This document shows positions 19,682 through 28,550 of a stretch of 64,000 nucleotides of DNA, piece by piece. This stretch comes from an uncultured Polaribacter sp. Lineage in GTDB: Bacteria; Bacteroidota; Bacteroidia; Flavobacteriales; Flavobacteriaceae. The stretch is taken from the NCBI GenBank assembly GCA_965367085.1, contig CBDUHF010000004.1, positions 40,996 to 104,995 on the forward strand, read 5' to 3'. Numbering within the stretch: the first letter of the stretch is position 1; each line of letters begins with the position of its first letter. The notes below the pieces were generated by a model that searched no databases, was not told the DNA's origin, and saw only the letters and a list, made by a program, of their open reading frames with translations. A program made the translations under genes and the position numbers.

Positions 19682-21543
19682 TTTTCAATCTAAAAATAGA
19701 AGATACTTTATATAAGTTATTACAACAAGAAGATACTGATGGAGATAAAAAAATTACGATTGAAGATAAAGGACCTAAATCATTTGAATTAGTTTCTAAA
19801 AATGGTGAAAAGTATATTGTAAATAGCACATATCATTTATCTAACCTTTTACAGGAATTGGTAATTTCAAAAAATGAAGGTTTAACAATTGCACAAATTC
19901 CTTTAAATCATATAGAAGAATTACCAGTAGATAGAGTTTCAAGAATGATAAAAGATTATTTTTGGAATGGATTAACAAGAACTCTTGATGAAAAAGGCAT
20001 TGAAAACCTTATAAATGACTCCAAAAATGAAACTCTTATCTCAAATAATCTAAGAGTTTATATTCCTTTTAAGGATGAAATTGCATTTAATTATTACAAA
20101 AAATTAGAAAGTAATTTTCCAATAGAAGCAATTAAACTTCCTGAAAAAATAACTCCAGAATTTGTTAAAAAAATAAACACAAAACCTGGTATTTTATCAC
20201 TAAAACTAGAACAAAAAAATAATAAAATTAGTGCAATACCTTTTGTTGTTCCTGGAGGACGTTTTAATGAAATGTACGGTTGGGATAGTTATTTTCAATC
20301 TATAGGCTTAATTATAGATGGTAAAGTTGAATTAGCAAAGGCTGCAGCAGAACACTTTCAATATGAAATACGGCATTATGGTAAAATATTAAATGCAAAT
20401 AGATCTTATTATTTAACAAGAACACAACCTCCTTTTTATTCAAGTTTAATAAGAGAAGTTTTTGAAGTAACTGATGATAAAAAATGGCTAAAGAGTAATT
20501 TAATAACTGCCATTTTTGAATATGAAACAGTTTGGATGACAGAAGGAAACCGTCTTACAAAAAACGGATTAAATCGTTATTTGGCTGAAGGTATTGGGAT
20601 GCCACCTGAATGTGAAGAAGGTCACTTTGATGCTACCGTAAAACCTTTTGCTGATGAAATTCAACTTTCAATAAGTGTTTATTTAGAACAATATCAACTT
20701 GGTGAAATAAAAAACAAAACACTAGATACTTATTTTATAAATGATAGAAGTGTTCGTGAATCTGGTCATGATACCTCCTATCGAATTGATGGTAATTGTG
20801 CAGATTTAAATTTGGTAGAACTAAATGCGTTGCTTTTTAAATATGAAACTGATTTTGCTAAATTAATTAAAGAAGAATTTAATGATAAATTAGTCGTTAA
20901 TTCAAAAACATATACGAGTGCTTATTGGCTAGAAAAAGCAAAAAACAGACAAGAAAAAGCAAATCAGTTATTATGGAATGAAACGAGTGGGCTTTATTTA
21001 GATTATAATTTTAAAACAACAAAACAGTCTAATTTTATAGCTGCAACAACATTTGCTCCTCTTTGGAGTAAAATGGCTTCACAAGAACAAGCAGAAAGTC
21101 TTGTTAAAAATATATTGCCATTACTTATAGAACAAGGTGGAATTGCAGGAAGCACTAAAGAAAGTATTGGTATAATTTCAAATGAAAGACCTCAACGTCA
21201 ATGGGATTATCCTAATGGTTGGGCTCCACATCAAATGTTAATTTGGAAAGGTTTAATAAACTACGGGTTTTTAGATGCAACACAAGAGTTAATATATAGA
21301 TGGCTATATATGATCACTAAAAATGCAGTAGATTATAATGGTACAATACCAGAGAAATATGATGTTGTAGAAGCAACTCATAAAGTTTTTGCAGAATATG
21401 GAAATGTTGGAACTGACTTTGAATATATTACTCAAGAAGGTTTTGGTTGGATGAATGCTTCATATCAATATGGTTTAACACTATTAAAAAAAGAATATGT
21501 TAGTAGTTTAAATAATCTAATTCCACCAAAATCAGTTTTTTAA
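19678..21543 (+). CDS. GH37 alpha,alpha-trehalase, cytoplasmic, with N-terminal Ca-binding motif
   Basis: Both trehalase signatures are present: PGGRFNEMYGWDSYF and QWDYPNGWAPHQ. There is no signal peptide. The N-terminal DTDGDKKITIED motif resembles the Ca-binding motif of fungal neutral trehalases. Confidence 0.9.
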   Translation: MIFNLKIEDTLYKLLQQEDTDGDKKITIEDKGPKSFELVSKNGEKYIVNSTYHLSNLLQELVISKNEGLTIAQIPLNHIEELPVDRVSRMIKDYFWNGLTRTLDEKGIENLINDSKNETLISNNLRVYIPFKDEIAFNYYKKLESNFPIEAIKLPEKITPEFVKKINTKPGILSLKLEQKNNKISAIPFVVPGGRFNEMYGWDSYFQSIGLIIDGKVELAKAAAEHFQYEIRHYGKILNANRSYYLTRTQPPFYSSLIREVFEVTDDKKWLKSNLITAIFEYETVWMTEGNRLTKNGLNRYLAEGIGMPPECEEGHFDATVKPFADEIQLSISVYLEQYQLGEIKNKTLDTYFINDRSVRESGHDTSYRIDGNCADLNLVELNALLFKYETDFAKLIKEEFNDKLVVNSKTYTSAYWLEKAKNRQEKANQLLWNETSGLYLDYNFKTTKQSNFIAATTFAPLWSKMASQEQAESLVKNILPLLIEQGGIAGSTKESIGIISNERPQRQWDYPNGWAPHQMLIWKGLINYGFLDATQELIYRWLYMITKNAVDYNGTIPEKYDVVEATHKVFAEYGNVGTDFEYITQEGFGWMNASYQYGLTLLKKEYVSSLNNLIPPKSVF

Positions 21544-21544
21544 A

Positions 21545-22711
21545 ATGAATTCACTAAAACTAATTTTAACTAATATCAAATACTTTTCAGTAGTGTGGAT
21601 ATTTAGTTCATTAAACTTTATTGTGGGTACTTGGGTTTTATATATACCCTTTGTAAAAACAAAATTGAATTTAAATAACTCTCAAATAGGGTTTGCTTTA
21701 TTCTGTTTAGCTTTAGGAATTTTAACTTTCCTTCCATTAGTTCCTTATTTAAGCAAAAAAATAGGGTTAGGACGTTTAACATTTTTTGCAATTGTACTTT
21801 TTGCAATTGCATTTATATTTCCTTTATTAATGCCAGATTACGTTTCATTATGTATATCATTATTTATAGTTGGTGTTTTTACTGGAATAACAGATATTGC
21901 AATGAATGCATTAGTTTCTGAAATTGAAAAAACTGAAAAAGTTAATATAATGTCTGCAGCACATGGTTTTTTTAGTTTGGGAGGGGCTCTAGGTGCAGCT
22001 TTGGGAAGTATTTTAATGCCCGTTTTTAATCTACCTGTATATTATATGGTTACAGTGTTTGTCCTTATTATATTTATAAATATAATGTTAGTCAAAAATT
22101 ATTTTTCTATAGCAGAAGAACAGCATATAAAACAGAAAAATAATTACTCTTTTGAATTAATTAAGCCATTAATAGTTATCTCTTTTATTGCTTTTGTTAT
22201 TATGAGTAGCGAAGGTGCCATAGAACATTGGAGTAGTCTTTACCTTATTGAGGTGGTAAAAGTTACGCATCAAAACCTTGCAGGTTTAGGTTTTATTGTT
22301 TTTTCTGTAATGATGACTATCGGTCGCTTTTTTGGTGATGGAATTAGTGCTAAAATAGGCTCAATAAAAATAATTATTTTAGGATGTGTTTTAGCAAGTA
22401 TTGGTTATTTATGTATTCTTATTGGTCAATTAACTATAACTATTTTAGGCTTCAGCATAGTAGGTCTAGGACTTTCTGTTATTATTCCAGAATTATTTAG
22501 AATCGCTGGAAAAGTTAAAGGTGTTAAAGCATCGGTAGGTATTTCAATTGTTTCAGGAATTGGCTTTTCAGGATTTTTATTAGGACCCGTTGTTTTGGGC
22601 TATATATCAAACTCTTATAATTTAAAAATAAGCTTTTTAACATTATTAATTCTAACATTTTTTGCTTTGTTAATAGCAAGTTTAAATTTTAGAAACGAAA
22701 AAAATGTTTAG
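21545..22711 (+). CDS. MFS transporter (third)
   Basis: 388 aa, polytopic. It starts 1 nt after the trehalase stop. Confidence 0.6.
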   Translation: MNSLKLILTNIKYFSVVWIFSSLNFIVGTWVLYIPFVKTKLNLNNSQIGFALFCLALGILTFLPLVPYLSKKIGLGRLTFFAIVLFAIAFIFPLLMPDYVSLCISLFIVGVFTGITDIAMNALVSEIEKTEKVNIMSAAHGFFSLGGALGAALGSILMPVFNLPVYYMVTVFVLIIFINIMLVKNYFSIAEEQHIKQKNNYSFELIKPLIVISFIAFVIMSSEGAIEHWSSLYLIEVVKVTHQNLAGLGFIVFSVMMTIGRFFGDGISAKIGSIKIIILGCVLASIGYLCILIGQLTITILGFSIVGLGLSVIIPELFRIAGKVKGVKASVGISIVSGIGFSGFLLGPVVLGYISNSYNLKISFLTLLILTFFALLIASLNFRNEKNV

Positions 22712-22736
22712 ACATTCATTACAAAAATGAATTTAC

Positions 22737-22748
22737 GAAAACGTTTTC
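22737..22748. promoter_or_regulatory. Candidate LacI-type operator (perfect 12-nt palindrome), site B
   Basis: GAAAACGTTTTC is a perfect palindrome centred on CG. It lies about 100 nt upstream of the kinase start. Confidence 0.45.
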
Positions 22749-22851
22749 ATTAGATAAAGAGATGTTTATTTCAAAAAAAAAGATTTTTTTAAAAACATAT
22801 TTGTACGTTTATAATTGATGTAGAAATAAGTCGCTAAAAAAGGTTGAAATT

Positions 22852-23781
22852 TTGAAAAAGAATATAGATATATTATGTGTTGGAGAAGTACTTATAGATT
22901 TCATTGGTCATCAATCTGGTGTACTAATTAATAACACAAGAGATTACCATAGATATTTAGGTGGCTCGCCAACTAATGTTGCTATGAATTCAGCTAGATT
23001 AGGTTTAAATCCAATTATGGTTTCTTCTGTTGGAAATGATGGTTTTGGCGAATACATTTTTAAAAGGTTAGCGGAAGAGGGTGTAAATACAAATAATATT
23101 AAAAAACTAGATAATAAACCTACAAGTGTAATTTTTGTTTCAAAATCAGAAAGCACACCAGATTTTATTCCTTTTCGTGAAGCAGATTATCAAATTACAG
23201 AAGAACAAATTGATACTGAAACACTTGCACAAACAAATATTTTTCACACAACATGTTTTGCGTTAAGTAAAGAACCTGCACAAACTACAATTTTACAAAA
23301 GGCAGAAGAAGCTTATAACTTAGGGTGTAAATTAAGTATAGATTTAAATTATGCTAAGAAATTATGGAGCAGTCAAGACCTAGCTTTAAAAGTAATTAAA
23401 GCATATTGCAAATATAATCCGTTAATAAAAATTAGCGAAGATGATATGCTTCGTTTATTTGAGAAGGAATTACCACATGAGGAAATTTTTCAATTCTTCC
23501 ATAATCAAGGTGTAGAAACTGTCTGCTTAACCTTAGGAAGTAACGGTGTAAAATTATCTCAAATTAATAAAGAAATTATTCAATTACCAGCCATAAAGGT
23601 TGAAAAAGTAATGGATACTACAGGTGCAGGAGATGCTTTTTGGTCTGGTTTTCTTTTTGCTTACATTAAAGAAAAACCAATAGAAGATTGTCTACAAGTG
23701 GCTTTAAAATTAGCGGCTTTAAAACTTCAAAATGTCGGTAGATTGCCAGATAACATAAACATTTTATCTAAACTTTTATAG
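22852..23781 (+). CDS. PfkB-family carbohydrate kinase (probable fructokinase)
   Basis: TTG start. The N-terminus is ILCVGEVLIDFIG and the PfkB signature DTTGAGDAFWSGFL is present. Its position next to a sucrose-phosphorylase-like gene suggests fructokinase. Confidence 0.75.
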   Translation: MKKNIDILCVGEVLIDFIGHQSGVLINNTRDYHRYLGGSPTNVAMNSARLGLNPIMVSSVGNDGFGEYIFKRLAEEGVNTNNIKKLDNKPTSVIFVSKSESTPDFIPFREADYQITEEQIDTETLAQTNIFHTTCFALSKEPAQTTILQKAEEAYNLGCKLSIDLNYAKKLWSSQDLALKVIKAYCKYNPLIKISEDDMLRLFEKELPHEEIFQFFHNQGVETVCLTLGSNGVKLSQINKEIIQLPAIKVEKVMDTTGAGDAFWSGFLFAYIKEKPIEDCLQVALKLAALKLQNVGRLPDNINILSKLL

Positions 23782-23794
23782 TAATTACAATCTC

Positions 23795-25531
23795 ATGCAA
23801 ATAGAAAAAAATTTAATTTCTAACGGAGTAATGCTGAATGCTTATCCAGATAGTATTGGGCAAAAATTAAGCGACACTATTTCTATGCTTAAAATGCAAG
23901 AATTTAAAGACGTTTTTTCTTTATTTTATGTGTTACCTACGTTTTTTAATAGTGATTTAGACAGGGGGTTTTCTGTAATAGATTATAATTTAAATGAAGA
24001 ATTAGTTTCTAAAAAAGATTTAAAAGACTTAGAAAATTTAAATATTGAATTAAAATTTGATATTGTTCTAAATCATTTATCTGTAAACTCTCCACAATTC
24101 AAAGATCTATTAGAAAATGGAGAACAATCTATATTTAAAGATTTTTTTATCAATTGGAATACTTTTTGGCAAGAAAACGGAACTAAAAATAATGAAGGAA
24201 TTATAATACCAAAAGAAGAGTTTCTCAATAAATTATTTATGAGAAAATCTGGTCTTCCTATACTTAAAGTTCCTTTCCCTGATGGCACAGAAAAACCATA
24301 TTGGAATACTTTTTATCAAGAAATAAACTATCAAAAAATTAATATTGAAGATTTAATTGAAACCATCCCTATAGGTTTTCAAAAAGCTGAATTGATTTGT
24401 AATCAAATCGATTCAGCTATTAATAATAAGAACGATATTAATGATCTTGATTTTGGAGATTGTAATAAATATAAAAAAGAAATAAACCTGTTAATAGAAA
24501 AAAACAGGTCTTTTTTAGGCCAAATGGATGTAAATGCCAAGTCTGAATTGGTTTGGGATTTTTATGAAGAAACTTTAGCAAAAGTTAAAAGTTTTGGATG
24601 CAAAATTTTACGTCTAGATGCTTTTGCATACTTACATAAAGAAGTTGGTCAAACTAATTTTTTTAACAAACCAGGTACTTGGAATTATTTAGATAGAATT
24701 AATGAAATTGCTAAAAAAAACGATTTAATTCTTCTACCAGAAATTCATGCAGAATATGGTTTAGATTTACATGATGAAGTAGCAAAAGAAGGATATCAAA
24801 TTTACGACTTTTTCTTACCTGGTTTAATGATTCATACCATTGAAACTTCTAATTCTAAAGCACTTTTAACTTGGGCTAAAGAAATTATTAGCAAAGGTTA
24901 TAAAACTGTAAATATGTTGGGTTGCCATGATGGAATTCCTGTTTTAGATTTAAAAGGAAAAGAAGTAAATGGAACTTATAATAAAGGTTTGCTAGAAGAT
25001 ACTGAAATAGAATCTATTATGAATACTATTTTAGAGCGTGGAGGAAGAGTAAAAAATTTATATGATCCGGCAGGAAATAAAATTTCTTATTACCAAGTTA
25101 ATGCAACATTCTTTAGTGCTTTAGGAGAAAATGAACAAAAACTATTATTAGCAAGAGCTATTCAAATGTTTATGCCTGGAATTCCTCAAGTTTGGTATCT
25201 AGATATTTTTGCCGGAAAAAATAATTATGCAGCAGCTGATAAAGGTGGAAGTGGTGGACACAAAGAAATTAATAGAACAACGTTGTCAAATAAAGATATT
25301 GAAGAAGGTTTAAAAACAGAAATTGTTTTAAATCAGCTTAAAATAATGCGATTAAGAAATACATTAAAGGCTTTTTTGGGTACTATAAATATTAAGGAAT
25401 CTACTGATAATGAACTAGATATAACTTGGTCTTCTGGTGATGATTTTGCACAACTAACAGCAAATCTTATCACATATTCATTTTCAATTACATATTCAGA
25501 AAACAATATCACAAAAACTTTATCTTATTAG
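23795..25531 (+). CDS. GH13 subfamily 18 (sucrose phosphorylase-like) glucoside phosphorylase
   Basis: The N-terminus GVMLNAYPDSIG, ILRLDAFAY (nucleophile Asp), LLPEIHAEY (acid/base Glu), LGCHDGIPV and YYQVNATFFSALG all resemble sucrose phosphorylases. At 578 aa it is about 80 aa longer than the classical enzymes. Confidence 0.75.
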   Translation: MQIEKNLISNGVMLNAYPDSIGQKLSDTISMLKMQEFKDVFSLFYVLPTFFNSDLDRGFSVIDYNLNEELVSKKDLKDLENLNIELKFDIVLNHLSVNSPQFKDLLENGEQSIFKDFFINWNTFWQENGTKNNEGIIIPKEEFLNKLFMRKSGLPILKVPFPDGTEKPYWNTFYQEINYQKINIEDLIETIPIGFQKAELICNQIDSAINNKNDINDLDFGDCNKYKKEINLLIEKNRSFLGQMDVNAKSELVWDFYEETLAKVKSFGCKILRLDAFAYLHKEVGQTNFFNKPGTWNYLDRINEIAKKNDLILLPEIHAEYGLDLHDEVAKEGYQIYDFFLPGLMIHTIETSNSKALLTWAKEIISKGYKTVNMLGCHDGIPVLDLKGKEVNGTYNKGLLEDTEIESIMNTILERGGRVKNLYDPAGNKISYYQVNATFFSALGENEQKLLLARAIQMFMPGIPQVWYLDIFAGKNNYAAADKGGSGGHKEINRTTLSNKDIEEGLKTEIVLNQLKIMRLRNTLKAFLGTINIKESTDNELDITWSSGDDFAQLTANLITYSFSITYSENNITKTLSY

Positions 25532-25610
25532 AAGATTATATATCAAAACATTAAGTTAAAAAGACTACTTAAAAGAATAGAAAATTAATTTACTCTTCCG
25601 CTGAAAACCA

Positions 25611-25618
25611 TATATTTG
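25611..25618 (+). promoter_or_regulatory. -7 promoter box (TATATTTG) upstream of maeB
   Basis: Perfect TAnnTTTG. It ends 1 nt before the ORF-track ATG at 25620, which argues for the ATG at 25647 as the real start. Confidence 0.45.
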
Positions 25619-25646
25619 TATGCTTAAACAAGCAAACACCTATTAT

Positions 25647-27929
25647 ATGAGCGATTCTAGAAAAAGACACGAAGCTTTACTATATCACGCAAAGCCAAAA
25701 CCAGGTAAAATTGAAGTTGTTCCTACTAAAAAATATGCAACTCAACACGATTTAGCTTTAGCATATTCTCCAGGTGTTGCAGAACCTTGTTTAGAAATTG
25801 CTAAAGATAAAAACAACGCTTATAAATATACTTCTAAAGGTAATTTAGTGGCAGTTATTTCTAACGGAACAGCGGTTTTAGGTTTGGGTGATATTGGCCC
25901 AGAAGCCTCTAAACCAGTAATGGAAGGAAAAGGATTACTTTTTAAAATTTTTGCAGATATCGATGTTTTTGATATTGAAGTTGATGCAACAGATGTAGAA
26001 CAATTTATTCAAACTGTAAAAGCAATTGCTCCTACTTTTGGCGGAATTAATCTAGAAGATATTAAAGCTCCTGAAGCTTTTGAAATAGAAAGAAGATTAA
26101 AAGAAGAATTAGACATCCCTGTAATGCATGATGATCAGCATGGAACTGCAATTATTTCTGCTGCTGCTCTTAAAAATGCAATTGATATTACAGAAAAAGA
26201 TATTAGCAAAGTAAAAATAGTTGTTAATGGAGCTGGAGCTGCAGCAATTTCTTGTACTCGTTTGTATTTAAAACTCGGTGCAAAAAGAGAAAATGTAGTA
26301 ATGTGCGATAGCAAAGGGGTTATTAGAAAAGATAGAGATAATCTTACTTCTCAAAAAGCTGAATTTGCAACAGATAAAGATTTAAAAACATTAGACGAAG
26401 CCATGCATAATGCAGATGTCTTTATTGGCTTATCTAAAGGAAACGTTGTTTCTCCAGAAATGCTATTATCTATGGCAAAAGACCCAATTGTATTTGCTAT
26501 GGCAAACCCTGTAGCAGAAATAGAGTATGATTTAGCGGTTGCTACGAGAAAGGATATTATTATGGCTACTGGTAGATCAGACCATCCTAACCAAGTAAAC
26601 AATGTACTTGGATTTCCGTTTATTTTTAGAGGTGCTTTAGATGTTAGAGCAACTAAAATTAATGAAGAAATGAAGATGGCTGCAGTTCATGCTCTTGCTG
26701 ATTTAGCAAAGCAATCTGTACCAGAGCAAGTAAATATTGTGTATGATGAAGTAAGTTTAGCTTACGGAAGAGAATATATTATTCCTAAACCTTTTGATCC
26801 AAGATTAATTTATGAAATTCCACCAGCAATTGCAAAAGCTGCTATGGATTCTGGTGTTGCTCTAGAACCAATTGAAGATTGGGATAAATACAGAGAAGAA
26901 TTAATGGAAAGATCTGGTTCTGGAAGTAAAGAAATCAGACTTTTACACAATAGAGCAAAAAGTAATAGAAAACGTATTGTTTTTGCAGAAGCAGACCATT
27001 TAGATGTTTTAAAAGCTGCGCAAAGAGTATATGATGAAAAAATTGGAAATCCAATATTACTAGGAAGAAAAGAAGTAATCTTAGAATTAATGGAAGAAAT
27101 TGGTTTTACAGGAAATGTGCCAATTATAGATCCAAAAACTGATGAAGAAACAGAACGAAGAGAGCGTTTTGGAGAAATTTATTGGAAAAACAGACGCAGA
27201 AAAGGACGTACTTTATCTGAAGCACAAAAATTAATGCGAGAGCGTAATTATTTTGCTGCAATGATGGTAAATGAGGGGGAAGCAGATGCATTAATTACAG
27301 GATATTCAAGACCTTACCCAACAGTTTTAAGACCAATTTTAGAACTGATTGAAAAAGACAAAGGAGTTACCAAAATTGCAGCAACCAATCTTATGCTAAC
27401 AAAACAGGGTCCTTTATTTTTATCAGACACAACAATTAACATCAATCCAACTGCAAAAGATTTAGTAAAGATTTCTCAAATGACAGGAAACTTTGTTAAA
27501 ATGTTTGGTATGAAAGCAAATATGGCAATGGTATCTTTTTCTAATTTTGGCTCTTCAAATTCTGAAACATCTAAAAAAATTAGAGAAGCTGTTTCTTATT
27601 TACATCGTCATTTCCCTAATACAGTTGTTGATGGAGAATTACAAGCAGATTTTGCTCTAAACCCAGAAATGTTAGCGAAAGAGTTTCCTTTTTCTAAACT
27701 AAATGGAAAAAAAGTAAATGTTTTAATTTTCCCTAATTTAGAATCAGCAAATATTACTTACAAGTTATTAAAGCAAGTAAACAAAGCAGAATCTATTGGA
27801 CCAATAATTTTAGGTTTAAGTAAACCTGTACATATTTTACAACTAGGATCTAGTGTAGATGAAATGGTAAACATGGCTGCTCTTGCTGCTGTAGATGCCC
27901 AAGAAAAAGAAAAAAGAAACAAAAAATAA
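25647..27929 (+). CDS. maeB: NADP-dependent malic enzyme (malic enzyme + phosphate-acetyltransferase-like domain)
   Basis: About 760 aa. The N-terminal malic enzyme region ([39 protein letters not shown]) is followed by a PTA-like C-terminal half. The start is moved to MSDSRKRHE because of the promoter box. Confidence 0.9.
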   Translation: MSDSRKRHEALLYHAKPKPGKIEVVPTKKYATQHDLALAYSPGVAEPCLEIAKDKNNAYKYTSKGNLVAVISNGTAVLGLGDIGPEASKPVMEGKGLLFKIFADIDVFDIEVDATDVEQFIQTVKAIAPTFGGINLEDIKAPEAFEIERRLKEELDIPVMHDDQHGTAIISAAALKNAIDITEKDISKVKIVVNGAGAAAISCTRLYLKLGAKRENVVMCDSKGVIRKDRDNLTSQKAEFATDKDLKTLDEAMHNADVFIGLSKGNVVSPEMLLSMAKDPIVFAMANPVAEIEYDLAVATRKDIIMATGRSDHPNQVNNVLGFPFIFRGALDVRATKINEEMKMAAVHALADLAKQSVPEQVNIVYDEVSLAYGREYIIPKPFDPRLIYEIPPAIAKAAMDSGVALEPIEDWDKYREELMERSGSGSKEIRLLHNRAKSNRKRIVFAEADHLDVLKAAQRVYDEKIGNPILLGRKEVILELMEEIGFTGNVPIIDPKTDEETERRERFGEIYWKNRRRKGRTLSEAQKLMRERNYFAAMMVNEGEADALITGYSRPYPTVLRPILELIEKDKGVTKIAATNLMLTKQGPLFLSDTTININPTAKDLVKISQMTGNFVKMFGMKANMAMVSFSNFGSSNSETSKKIREAVSYLHRHFPNTVVDGELQADFALNPEMLAKEFPFSKLNGKKVNVLIFPNLESANITYKLLKQVNKAESIGPIILGLSKPVHILQLGSSVDEMVNMAALAAVDAQEKEKRNKK

Positions 27930-27964
27930 AATTGTTACTTTAGAGACCTAAAAAAAATAGCTAA

Positions 27965-28546
27965 ATGATAACACAAATTAGAGGAAGACTTGTAGAGAAA
28001 AATCCAACAGATGTTGTTGTAGACTGCAATGGTGTAGGTTATTTATTACATATTTCACTAAATACTTATTCTAGTTTACCAGATGATGAAGCTGTTATTT
28101 TATACACGCATTTATCAATAAGAGAAGATGCACACACACTTTTTGGATTTATAAGTAAAACAGAAAGAGAAGTTTTTAAATTACTTATTTCTGTTTCTGG
28201 TGTTGGACCAAGTATTGCAAGAACCATGTTATCTTCTATGACATCAGAAGAAATACAGAATGCAATTGCAACAGAAAATGTAGCTTTAATTCAATCTGTA
28301 AAAGGAATTGGAGCAAAAACAGCACAAAGAGTTATTGTAGATTTAAAAGATAAAATTTTAAAAACCTTTGATATTGATGAAGTTTCTATTAATACAAGCA
28401 ATACTAATAAAGATGAAGCGTTATCTGCTTTAGAGGTTTTAGGATTCCAAAGAAAACAATCCGATAAAATTATATCTGCAATTATAAAAGAAAATGCAGA
28501 TGCATCTGTAGAAAAGTTAATAAAATTAGCACTAAAAAGCTTATAG
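27965..28546 (+). CDS. ruvA: Holliday junction branch migration complex subunit RuvA
   Basis: 193 aa. MITQIRGRLVEKNPTDVVVDCNGVGY..., the helix-hairpin-helix motifs (VSGVGPSIA, VKGIGAKTAQR) and the C-terminal domain are all present. Confidence 0.9.
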   Translation: MITQIRGRLVEKNPTDVVVDCNGVGYLLHISLNTYSSLPDDEAVILYTHLSIREDAHTLFGFISKTEREVFKLLISVSGVGPSIARTMLSSMTSEEIQNAIATENVALIQSVKGIGAKTAQRVIVDLKDKILKTFDIDEVSINTSNTNKDEALSALEVLGFQRKQSDKIISAIIKENADASVEKLIKLALKSL

Positions 28547-28550
28547 TCAA

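Noticed and set aside
22714-22733. The hairpin ATTCATT-ACAAA-AATGAAT after the third MFS gene could be a terminator.
   Set aside because: The stem is almost entirely A/T (one C:G pair) and has no T tail. It is too weak to call, and the adjacent palindrome is better explained as an operator.
25620-25646. The ORF track proposes N-terminal extensions for maeB (ATG 25620), cyoE (TTG 46164), the short flavoprotein (54709), vanZ (36070), VCBS paralog 2 (TTG 6994) and the small lipoprotein (6408).
   Set aside because: The extensions overlap a perfect -7 promoter box (maeB, cyoE) or the upstream gene (flavoprotein, vanZ). For the lipoproteins they precede a far better signal peptide. Downstream ATGs give canonical N-termini.
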